This document shows, piece by piece, positions 10,354-18,863 of a DNA stretch of 64,000 nucleotides. Source of the stretch: Klebsiella pneumoniae (GTDB lineage Bacteria; Pseudomonadota; Gammaproteobacteria; Eutrophobiales; Eutrophobiaceae). The notes beneath the pieces are model-generated. The model ran no database searches. It was not told where the DNA came from and saw only the letters and a list, made by a program, of their open reading frames with translations. Both the position numbers and the translations under genes were made by a program. Each line of letters begins with the position of its first letter. Within the stretch, counting starts at the first letter, position 1. The stretch is taken from positions 16,413 through 80,412 of the forward strand of contig CAMDWI010000020.1 of NCBI GenBank assembly GCA_945878555.1. The letters run 5' to 3'.

Positions 10354-13300
10354 TGGCTACAATATCGCAACAACTGGATCAGTACCTGCAATCGTTCCGT
10401 CTGCGATTGCGCAAGCTCCGTCTGTTAAAGGGCGCCGCTGTGCTGCTGGCCGCCCTGCTGCTGGTCTCGGTGGTGACGGCATGGTGGTCGATCCGTTCTG
10501 GATTTGCCACCGATGTCGTTGTTACCTCGCGTCTGCTGTTACTCGCCGTTGTTGGCCTGATTGCCTACTATCTTATCTACCGTCCGCTGCAACAGCTGGA
10601 TCAGAAACTCGCCCGCCAGATTGAACAACGTACCCCGGCGCTCGGCGGTCGCGTCGAGACGTATGCCGGTATGAATGATCCGGCCAATCCGTTCCGCGAA
10701 CTACTGGCCGAAGATGCCTTGCAGCTCGCGCGGCAATACCCGCCGGAACGACAGATAGACAAGAAAGAATTGATGATACCCGGCGCCGGTGCGGCCCTCG
10801 CCGGTGTGATCCTGCTGTGGCTGGTGATAGCAGGTCCTGGCCTGTTTGATTATGCAATCCGTCATCTGTGGGCCGGTTGGGCGATACCCGGCCTGTTACC
10901 GCCGCAGACGATCAGTGTCGATCCGGGCGACGAGGCAGTGCGACGCGGCGGTAACGTGAAGTTACTGGCCACGATGCAGGGCTTTGAGCCGACCACCGCG
11001 ACCGTATATGTGCGCAGTGGTGATCAGGACTGGCAGGAAGTCGAGATGATCCAGACCGAGCGCGGTTATGAATTCACCTTCTTCTCCCTGCGCGACCCGG
11101 TTGATTATTACGTCGCCGCCGCCGGTATCCGCAGCCCCGAATACGAGATCCAGGTTATCGACCTGCCCGAACTCGAAAACCTGAAACTGACCTACCACTA
11201 TCCCGAGTGGACCAAAAAGGAACCGCAGGTGTTTGAACCCGGCGGCGATATCCGCACGATCATCGGCACCGGGATTGAACTCGAGGTCCGCACGAACGCA
11301 CCGTTACCGTCCGGCGTCATTGTATTGAACGGTGAATCGCAGTCGCTGGACATCACAGAACAGACCGGCACCGGCCGGTTTGAGGTCAGCGAGGACGGAC
11401 AATATTATGTCGCCGCCCGCGTCGGCAGCGAACTGGTGCGGCTGACCGATGATTATTTCATCAAGATCCTGGAAGACGGCAAGCCGGAGATCAAACTGGT
11501 CCGACCGGGTCGCGACTGGAATGCGAGCAGTATTGAGGAAGTGACCGTGCAGGTCGAGGCGAGCGATGATTATGCGCTGGAATCCTTGCAACTCCGTTAT
11601 GCCGTCAATGGCGGCGACTGGCAGTCGGTACCGTTAAGCGCGGAAGGCTCGCAGGTGCAGCTTGATCATGTGTTCCTGCTCGAGCAGATGCAGGACGCCG
11701 ATGTGAACCTGCAGGCCGGTGACCTGATTACCTATTACGCCGAGGTAAAGGACAAGGAAAAGACGACCAGCACCGATATGTATTTTATCCAGGTGCAACC
11801 GTTTGACCGCCGTTACACCCAGTCACAGTCGGGCGGTGCGGCCGGGCAGCAGGGCTCCGAGCAGGCAGAGATATCCCAGCGACAGAAAGAGATCATTGTC
11901 TCCACCTGGAACCTGATCCGCGAAAAGGCCGAGGCCGGTGGCGAGGTGAAGGACACGACGAAGGACAACGCGGTGTTGTTGTCCGGTCTGCAAACTACAC
12001 TGGCCGAACAGGCGCGCACACTGGCCGAGCGTACCCGCGCCAGGGAGCTGAACGCCGACCAGCAAATAGCCACCTTTGTCGAACATCTGGACAAGGCCGC
12101 CGAGGCAATGGCACCCGCCTCAGAGAAACTGGGCGAGCTCAGCCTGGAGGAGGCGATCAAGCCCGAACAGGAGGCCTTGCAGCATCTGCTCCGCGCCGAG
12201 GCCGTGTTTACCGATATGCAGGTCGCGATGCAGCAGCAGGGCGGCGGCGGAGGTGGCGGTGGTCGCGCTGGTCAGGATCTCGCCGAGATGTTTGAGCTGG
12301 AGATGGATCTTAAGAAGAACCAGTATGAAACCGGCAACTCCGCGACGCCGGAGGCCGAGGCCCAGCAGACCGATGACACGATGGACAAGCTGGAAGAGCT
12401 GGCCAAGCGCCAGCAACAGCTGGCCAATAATATGCGCAACCAGCAGGACCTGACCGAGGCACAACGCTGGCAGCAGGAGATGTTGCGGCGAGAGGCCGAG
12501 CAGTTGCGTGAACAACTGGACCGCCAGCAACAGGCCGGTCAGCAAGGGCAACAAGGCCAGCAGGGACAACAGGGCCAGCAAGGGCAGCAGGGTGAACAAG
12601 GACAACAGGGCGAGCAGAGCGAACAGACCGCCTCGAATGATCCCTCATCCAACCCGTCCCAGGGCGGCCAGAGCGGCAGCGGTGCCGGCCAGTCCGAGAC
12701 CAGCCGACGCCTGGAAAGCGCGATCCGCGCGATGGATGAAATGACCGAGGCGATGCGTGACCCCGCCCAGCGCGAACAACTGGAGCGCGCCGCCGAAGAG
12801 GCCGGTAGGCAACTTGAAGGTGCGCGAGAGCAGATAGCTGAGGACCAGAAGCAGTCACTGCAACAGTCGTTTGCCGACATGTCCGACCGCGCGGATCGCA
12901 TGTATGAAAACCAGATAGGTATGGAACGCGAGCTACAGGATGCCGTACGTCGCGCACTCGCCACCCGCGACCAGACCGGCGAGGTCACCAGCGGTCTGAC
13001 CAAGGATCAGGAAGAACGTCTGGCGACCGAAAAACGCGAGATGACCTCCGACTTGCAACAGCTGCAACGCGACATCCAGAAATCCGCCGGACAATTCCGC
13101 GAGCAGACACCCGAGGCAGTCGACCAGTTGAACCAGGCGCGTGATGTGATCAGCCAGTCACAACTGGAAGAGCGCCTGAACGTGGCCGCCGAATATATCT
13201 CCTACGGTGCCGCCCCGTATATCGCCGGTAGCGAGAGCGCAGTCACGAATGCACTGAACGAGATCGGCGAACGCCTGCGCCAGGCCGAGTCCGATGCGAT

Positions 13301-14123
13301 GGGCAATGACTTTTCTGACGACGACAATGTGGAGCGCACGCTGGCCGAGGCACGTTCGCTCCGCCGCGAACTGGAACAACTGGCCAATCCGAACGCACAA
13401 AATGGGCAGCAAGGTCAGCAAGGAGAGCAAGGTCAGCCGGGTCAACAAGGCGCACAGGCACAATCCGATCAGCCCGGTCAGGGCCAACCCGGCGAGCAAG
13501 GACAACAGGCAGACGCCGGCCAGACGGGTGAACCCTCCGAACAGGGTGAAGGCGGACAGGACGGACAATCACCGCAAACAGCACAGCAGGGACAACAAGG
13601 GCAACCGGGACAAAACGGCGAGCCCAACCAGAATGGTCAGCAAGCAGGCGGACAACAACAGGCCGCCGGACCACAAACCGGATCCGATCAGCGTGATGGC
13701 GGTGGCCCGTACGGGCAATGGAACGGCTACGGCAATCGCGGCCGCATCAACCCTGAAGACTGGGAGCGTTACAGCCGCAACCTGACAGACACCGCCCGCA
13801 ACATCCGCGACACCCTGCCCGAACTGCGTAACCGTAATCTCGGCGTGGATGAACTAAACGAGATCCGCAACCTAACCCAGCAACTCGAACAACGCGTCGC
13901 CCTGGCGGATACCGGCAAAAACCAGGAGATCCTGCAACAGCAATACATCGAAGCATTAACGCTGCTCGAACAACTCGAACTGAAACTCGACGCCGGCGCC
14001 AACGCCGGCCAACCGGAAAAGGTCCGCACCACCGCCACCGAACCGGTTGCGGATGAGTATAAGGATGCGGTGGCGGAGTATTACCGGAGGTTGAGCAGAG
14101 GGGAGGCTCCTGAGGGGGAGTAG
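10353..14123 (+). CDS. Large membrane-anchored Ig-like/coiled-coil, Gln-rich protein (DUF4175-like)
   Basis: Three N-terminal TM segments, beta-rich middle, long coiled coils, (QQG)n tracts, C-terminal P..Y...V.EYYRRL motif. Start overlaps upstream stop (TAATG). Confidence 0.75.
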   Translation: MATISQQLDQYLQSFRLRLRKLRLLKGAAVLLAALLLVSVVTAWWSIRSGFATDVVVTSRLLLLAVVGLIAYYLIYRPLQQLDQKLARQIEQRTPALGGRVETYAGMNDPANPFRELLAEDALQLARQYPPERQIDKKELMIPGAGAALAGVILLWLVIAGPGLFDYAIRHLWAGWAIPGLLPPQTISVDPGDEAVRRGGNVKLLATMQGFEPTTATVYVRSGDQDWQEVEMIQTERGYEFTFFSLRDPVDYYVAAAGIRSPEYEIQVIDLPELENLKLTYHYPEWTKKEPQVFEPGGDIRTIIGTGIELEVRTNAPLPSGVIVLNGESQSLDITEQTGTGRFEVSEDGQYYVAARVGSELVRLTDDYFIKILEDGKPEIKLVRPGRDWNASSIEEVTVQVEASDDYALESLQLRYAVNGGDWQSVPLSAEGSQVQLDHVFLLEQMQDADVNLQAGDLITYYAEVKDKEKTTSTDMYFIQVQPFDRRYTQSQSGGAAGQQGSEQAEISQRQKEIIVSTWNLIREKAEAGGEVKDTTKDNAVLLSGLQTTLAEQARTLAERTRARELNADQQIATFVEHLDKAAEAMAPASEKLGELSLEEAIKPEQEALQHLLRAEAVFTDMQVAMQQQGGGGGGGGRAGQDLAEMFELEMDLKKNQYETGNSATPEAEAQQTDDTMDKLEELAKRQQQLANNMRNQQDLTEAQRWQQEMLRREAEQLREQLDRQQQAGQQGQQGQQGQQGQQGQQGEQGQQGEQSEQTASNDPSSNPSQGGQSGSGAGQSETSRRLESAIRAMDEMTEAMRDPAQREQLERAAEEAGRQLEGAREQIAEDQKQSLQQSFADMSDRADRMYENQIGMERELQDAVRRALATRDQTGEVTSGLTKDQEERLATEKREMTSDLQQLQRDIQKSAGQFREQTPEAVDQLNQARDVISQSQLEERLNVAAEYISYGAAPYIAGSESAVTNALNEIGERLRQAESDAMGNDFSDDDNVERTLAEARSLRRELEQLANPNAQNGQQGQQGEQGQPGQQGAQAQSDQPGQGQPGEQGQQADAGQTGEPSEQGEGGQDGQSPQTAQQGQQGQPGQNGEPNQNGQQAGGQQQAAGPQTGSDQRDGGGPYGQWNGYGNRGRINPEDWERYSRNLTDTARNIRDTLPELRNRNLGVDELNEIRNLTQQLEQRVALADTGKNQEILQQQYIEALTLLEQLELKLDAGANAGQPEKVRTTATEPVADEYKDAVAEYYRRLSRGEAPEGE
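12525..12626 (+). repeat. In-frame low-complexity (QQG)n tract
   Basis: Encodes QQQAGQQGQQGQQGQQGQQGQQGEQGQQGEQSEQ, with synonymous codon variation. Confidence 0.9.
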
Positions 14124-14339
14124 GGACGATAATAATGATTAGGAGATTGATGGGGCAGGGACATATGGCTGTCTGGGTTGATGGTGAAAACGGTTATATA
14201 AACGTTATAGTATTTTGTTATATTTCTTCACGGTTATCCGGTTCTTTTGCAGAAAACAACACTAAACTGGCTCACTATGTAAAAAAATTAACGAGACCTG
14301 TTGGGTTCTCATTCTCGACTTGTTAGCCGACACAGACGA

Positions 14340-14993
14340 ATGTCCCCGGAACTCGAACAGTTTCTAAATGCAAACGCTAGCGCGATCTTTGGCCTTCTTG
14401 GCGCGCTTGGAGGTGGCATCCTCTCGTTTATTGCGTCTCTCTTGCTCAAACGTAACGAGTTCAGTTTGCATCTTCGTTCAAAGATAGTCGATCGTCAGAT
14501 TACCGCTCACGAACGTATCCTGAATCTCGCCCGAGAGATGCGTGTAATGGTTTCATACGGCCTTCTTGGCGGTGATGGAGAAGTGACACGTGGCCCTCGC
14601 ATCCTACTTTCCAAAGAAGAATTTGAAAGTTGGTTCACTCGCTTCTCGGAGCAGCAGCTCGAAGGTTCAACTTGGCTGACCACCGCAACAAAGCGCGAGG
14701 TGGCATTTGTTCAAGACTATCTCGTTACCCTCCACATGCATTTGGCCGATATCCCGTCGGAAAAATTCTTCGATCTCGCACAACTAATCCGTCAAGACTT
14801 TATTGATCTATCGAGCAGTCTTGAGAAAATTGCATTTACTTTTTTCGAGACAGGCATTCACCGTGCGAAGCCGGATAGTATCCAGGACTGGCACAAGTAC
14901 AATAGAATAGTCACAGAGAAGAGGCTTACGAGTACAGCGCTGCTTCAAAACATAGCTGTATTTAAGGGTGCCCTATCGAATGTGCCAAAATGA
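14340..14993 (+). CDS. Hypothetical protein with N-terminal TM helix (probable integron cassette ORF)
   Basis: ATG 14340 lies 18 nt after the G of GTTAGCC (14322); hydrophobic AIFGLLGALGGGILSFIASLLL; followed immediately by an attC-like site. Confidence 0.7.
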   Translation: MSPELEQFLNANASAIFGLLGALGGGILSFIASLLLKRNEFSLHLRSKIVDRQITAHERILNLAREMRVMVSYGLLGGDGEVTRGPRILLSKEEFESWFTRFSEQQLEGSTWLTTATKREVAFVQDYLVTLHMHLADIPSEKFFDLAQLIRQDFIDLSSSLEKIAFTFFETGIHRAKPDSIQDWHKYNRIVTEKRLTSTALLQNIAVFKGALSNVPK

Positions 14994-14994
14994 C

Positions 14995-15065
14995 GGACAA
15001 CCTATTCATCAATATGAACGCTATGCGATGAAGTCGCACGGCGCCTGTTATATCAGACGTTATCT
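14995..15065 (+). mobile_element. Integron attC-like recombination site (partly degenerate)
   Basis: R'' GGACAAC, 5 nt, L'' CATCAATA, central hairpin CGCTATGCGA-tgaag-TCGCACGGCG, L' TGTTATA, 6 nt, R' GTTATCT. Canonical attC spacing; 71 bp. Confidence 0.7.
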
Positions 15066-15087
15066 GTAAAATTAATACTCGGTAATA

Positions 15088-16143
15088 ATGGTAGAAACGA
15101 GAAAAAATCAGGATGATGAGTGGCTTGAAAATTACAGGCAGGATTTCGAACGCAAAAACAAAATGATGTTATCTAGGTACAACAAAGTTATTGAAGAGTT
15201 TACTCAGCACTGTCGAACAATTGGTGTGTATATTGATTCTGAAGCCTTTGTTTTTATTCCAACAATTGGTGTTGTTTGCGAATGCCAAAATATCCTTTCT
15301 AGATTGGCGCCAGATCTAAAAGAAGATAAAGAGGGACTTTACGGATGGGATGCTCTATCCAATACTTTCAATATAAATAACTTCAATTCTGGCTATTTTT
15401 ACGCTCATAACTTCATGGCCATGGCTAGTCCAGTATTTCGCAGGGGAATGCATAGCATAAACAACTGGGCTCCACGTTTTATCGATGAGTTTTGGTGTCT
15501 AAATTTGGAAGGTATTGATGCGTATTTAAGTCTCGACCAGAACCGGGTTCGAATTAACGTGGATAATTCAAGTTACATAGAGGAAGATACTTGGTTTGGC
15601 GCACCATTTAACGAAGAGATTTCAGAAATCGCTGATGGAGTTAGCCATCTTCGTCCTCCTTCTGATTTAGATGATCACTACTTAGACTTCTTGTTCAATG
15701 ATGCTTATGCGCTAGATATCTGTTGGAGCACAAAAGGAAGTATTAAATCATTCCAGGCGCTTGAATTTAAGGGGCCAAAGAAAGTAATTGAACAAAATGG
15801 GTGCACCTTCCACCCAGTGCGATATATTCACGCCGAGTACGATCTATCAAAATGCAAATTTAGGCATTTTGATGGCGCAATACAATTTCATACTGCTGAA
15901 GAATACTTTACAAGAAGAGAGTCCAACTTTAGGCATAATATAAAAGATTCCATAAAAATAAAGCCAAAATCGGTCAAGTCATTTAAGTTAAATGGCAGCG
16001 TTCCAGTCGAAATGTGGACAGAGCTATCCTCCCATTTCTTTTCCAGCAACCCTCTGATTTATGAGTATTTTTCTGGAAGCTATCCTCCTTATTTGGTCGA
16101 TATATTAGAGAAAATAAGGGCGCATCGTGAAAAAAATACATAA
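15088..16143 (+). CDS. Hypothetical protein (cassette-like ORFan, 351 aa)
   Basis: Long AT-rich ORF starting just after R' GTTATCT; its stop lies inside ACATAAC (inverse-core-like). Confidence 0.75.
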   Translation: MVETRKNQDDEWLENYRQDFERKNKMMLSRYNKVIEEFTQHCRTIGVYIDSEAFVFIPTIGVVCECQNILSRLAPDLKEDKEGLYGWDALSNTFNINNFNSGYFYAHNFMAMASPVFRRGMHSINNWAPRFIDEFWCLNLEGIDAYLSLDQNRVRINVDNSSYIEEDTWFGAPFNEEISEIADGVSHLRPPSDLDDHYLDFLFNDAYALDICWSTKGSIKSFQALEFKGPKKVIEQNGCTFHPVRYIHAEYDLSKCKFRHFDGAIQFHTAEEYFTRRESNFRHNIKDSIKIKPKSVKSFKLNGSVPVEMWTELSSHFFSSNPLIYEYFSGSYPPYLVDILEKIRAHREKNT

Positions 16144-16368
16144 CTATAACCAGAGGCTGACTAACAAAGACGAGCTGCTTGAACAATTATTACATTAGCC
16201 CAATTTAGTAAACAATTATCACCAGCAATGTAAAAAAAACTAAAGGGCAGGTTTGTCGATGACGCTTTGTTCAACTCCATTGGTCCATTTGTTAATACGG
16301 AAAGAATTGTATTGAGGCGGATATCAAGTCGTTACCTCTGTTAAGGATGGCGTATGCCAAAGTGATAT

Positions 16369-16716
16369 ATGACATTTAACGAAGAAGAACTTTTAAAAAT
16401 ACAAAAAGCTACTTCAGGGTGGTTTAAGAAACGTACACGCAATGCCATTTCAGAAGCGATATCAAGATATTCGCCAGAAATTGATGCTGCAAAAAAGTTG
16501 TCAGAAGAAGAACGAAAAAAATCCCTTATGATGTTAGTAAATCTAGCGACAGGTGAGCGTCATGCAGCTCTTCAGTCTGGTGCAAATTCATATGCACATG
16601 TTGACTGGGCTGCGGCTGCAGTTATCGAATCATGGCTTCACGAATTACTAAACGGGAGGCCAGATAGTATTTCCAGAGTTGAAACTATTATCCAAGAGTT
16701 ACAAAAAAATGCGTAA
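16369..16716 (+). CDS. Hypothetical helical protein (cassette-like)
   Basis: AT-rich ORF; stop lies inside GCGTAAC; preceded by the degenerate core GC-GTATGC. Confidence 0.65.
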   Translation: MTFNEEELLKIQKATSGWFKKRTRNAISEAISRYSPEIDAAKKLSEEERKKSLMMLVNLATGERHAALQSGANSYAHVDWAAAAVIESWLHELLNGRPDSISRVETIIQELQKNA

Positions 16717-16803
16717 CAAAGCAGGTGTCTCGGTGCCAGTAATAATTATTATTTTGCTCGGGCATTCTTGGGGCTTATTTTGCTTAAATCATTAGGCGCT
16801 GGT

Positions 16804-17181
16804 ATGACGATGATTACAGAGAAAGAATTTTCCATTTTGGCAACATTGGCATATTCGCAGTATTTGAGACGAGAAGATTTCGCGTCTGATCAAGAGTTTG
16901 ATAATACATGCGATATTGCCCAGTCTCTACTGACTAGGAATTTTTTGCGAGCCACAACATCTAATCCATTCAGAATGAATAACACAGGCAAGGGAAGTCG
17001 TTATGCGATCGCCGGGAAATTCGAACTCACACTAGAGGGAAGGGATATCATTGAAGCCGGCACGTATGAATCATACCTGTCATCACTTCCAAAGCAGCAT
17101 CTATGGAATCTAGACCGCCGGCTGGTTGTCCTCGGGATCATTGTTGCGCTCTTGGGAGTATTTGCTATGGTGGCGTTATGA
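16804..17181 (+). CDS. Hypothetical protein, wHTH-like with C-terminal TM anchor
   Basis: FELTLEGRDII wing-like motif; C-terminal LVVLGIIVALLGVFAMVAL; ATG 7 nt after ATTAGGC. Confidence 0.6.
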   Translation: MTMITEKEFSILATLAYSQYLRREDFASDQEFDNTCDIAQSLLTRNFLRATTSNPFRMNNTGKGSRYAIAGKFELTLEGRDIIEAGTYESYLSSLPKQHLWNLDRRLVVLGIIVALLGVFAMVAL

Positions 17182-17354
17182 GTTGAAAGCTCAATCGATG
17201 GTATTCTGGACACATTAGTGTTTAGCAGTCATCGAAATATTACCTGTAATTAATCGCCCAAATAATCAGTCGCGAAAATAACATTCTGGAGGTAGCTGAT
17301 GAACTATTATTTCACTGGCACAATTTCATATCATAATGATGATTCATAACGCCA

Positions 17355-18029
17355 ATGGACGATAATTGGCTTAAAGAATGGACTGAAAAAAAAGTCCAGC
17401 TCGCAAATCGCTTGCACAATGGAGAGTGTGGTGGAACTTACGCTGAATCTGTACTTATCCTTTGTGGTGTTCTGAGTGGCATATCAGCGGATATATGGCC
17501 AGATAAGCGAAATGACAGAAAGAGATTCGTAGAGCTATTAGTAAGATATACATCTCCTTCTTCATGTGTAACTAGAGTTAGCATCCCATTACTCATTGGA
17601 TATTATAGAAACATAGGCAAAAGTGATCTGTCTGCAAGCCTTAAAGATAAATTAATGGCTTATGATGTAACTAGGGTTTTAGCCGGTAATGATGTTGATA
17701 AAAACATTAATGAAATCAGCAAAGACTTCCCAGAAGCAGATATAAAAACGCTCAAAAAACATTCCTATGCAAATTTGTTGTATGAAGAGATACGGTCAGG
17801 ATACGCACATGAATATATGCCTGGCACGAGATCTGATTCCTGGGGGATGGGATCTGGTCGAGTTGATTCTGATATTTCATATGTTAATAGGGTATCAGAA
17901 CCTGACCGTTTAATTTATTTCAGTATCTCTTGGCTTTCGTTGCTAGTTCGAGAAGTCGTTGAACATTTGGCTAAACTAGATGAAAAACCAATTTTCAAAA
18001 ATTACAGCAACTGGTGGTATGAAAGTTGA
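17355..18029 (+). CDS. Putative HEPN-domain protein
   Basis: Helical protein with RSGYAH (R-x4-H) motif and N-terminal helix ESVLILCGVLSGIS...DRKRFVELL. Confidence 0.55.
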   Translation: MDDNWLKEWTEKKVQLANRLHNGECGGTYAESVLILCGVLSGISADIWPDKRNDRKRFVELLVRYTSPSSCVTRVSIPLLIGYYRNIGKSDLSASLKDKLMAYDVTRVLAGNDVDKNINEISKDFPEADIKTLKKHSYANLLYEEIRSGYAHEYMPGTRSDSWGMGSGRVDSDISYVNRVSEPDRLIYFSISWLSLLVREVVEHLAKLDEKPIFKNYSNWWYES

Positions 18030-18143
18030 AGCTTGCAAGCCGCTCCAGCTAGTTGGCGAAGCTGCCGTTGGAGGTTTAAACAAGAATGGGCAGGAGCGCC
18101 ACACATTGATGAGATATTTTGATCTATCGAAGTTAACGTAAAG

Positions 18144-18653
18144 ATGAAGCCAAAAATTAAGTTACTCCCTGTGCTTTCTGGTCTGATGCTCTATGGTGTA
18201 AGTACATGGCTAGGGGTATTGGGAAAACCCACCGAGATGGCACTGGCTATTGCCGCCGGATCTTTGGGTTTTGTCTTTTCAAATATCGATAGATTTATTA
18301 AAGTGAAAGGCCCAGGCTTCGAAGCGGAAATGCGAGAGAGATTTGCAGCAGAGTCTGTAGTGGTAGAACAAACAGATAATATTGATCATCTGAGAGCTTT
18401 AGGCTTTCAAATTGATTCGTCCCGCCAAAGCATTATGAGTGCTCTCATTCATACTGATTATCATGCTCGATACGTGGGTGGTATTTCTACCGAAACTGGA
18501 TTAAAAAAAGAAGTCGTTAGCGGTGAGTTAGAGTGGTTGCTCAACAATGGCTTAGTTACTCGGCGAGTAGGCAAAAGCGGCTACTTGTGGAATCTCACAC
18601 AAAAAGGCATGGCTCTCCTGCCAATGGTTATCTTTGGCAAGCATGAGGCTTAG
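18144..18653 (+). CDS. Hypothetical protein, 2 TM + C-terminal winged helix
   Basis: Two hydrophobic segments, FIKVKGPGFEAEM linker, wHTH-like ELEWLLNNGLV...WNLTQKG. Confidence 0.65.
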   Translation: MKPKIKLLPVLSGLMLYGVSTWLGVLGKPTEMALAIAAGSLGFVFSNIDRFIKVKGPGFEAEMRERFAAESVVVEQTDNIDHLRALGFQIDSSRQSIMSALIHTDYHARYVGGISTETGLKKEVVSGELEWLLNNGLVTRRVGKSGYLWNLTQKGMALLPMVIFGKHEA

Positions 18654-18863
18654 ACACATATCTCAGGGTCGGACCTACGCAAGTAACTGATTTGATGTAG
18701 TAATAAGCTTGAAAATAGCCTGATTTCAAGCTTAGGATGCAGTTTTCATGGATGTAATACCCACTTTAAGTGAATCATAAGTGTCATTGTCGATTGAGCT
18801 GAAGTATTACCCTGCAATCGATCGGCTGGACCCTTTTGATATGAATTTATCATCGGATTATTA

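Noticed and set aside
357-14038. Many long antisense and alternate-frame ORFs over the MoxR operon (e.g. 3367-4113, 2471-3097, 12310-12957)
   Set aside because: Shadow ORFs expected in GC-rich coding DNA; no motifs or RBS, and they overlap well-supported genes.
14135-14326. 63-aa ORF at the island's left edge
   Set aside because: No recognisable features; it spans promoter-like and att-like sequence and is probably spurious.
18705-18733. Inverted repeat AAGCTTGAAA-N9-TTTCAAGCTT
   Set aside because: A real palindrome, but single, AT-rich and without a U-tail; it cannot be assigned as terminator, operator or element end.
14124-18860. CRISPR array or intact integron
   Set aside because: No regularly spaced identical repeats, no cas genes, and no intI or other tyrosine recombinase in the window.
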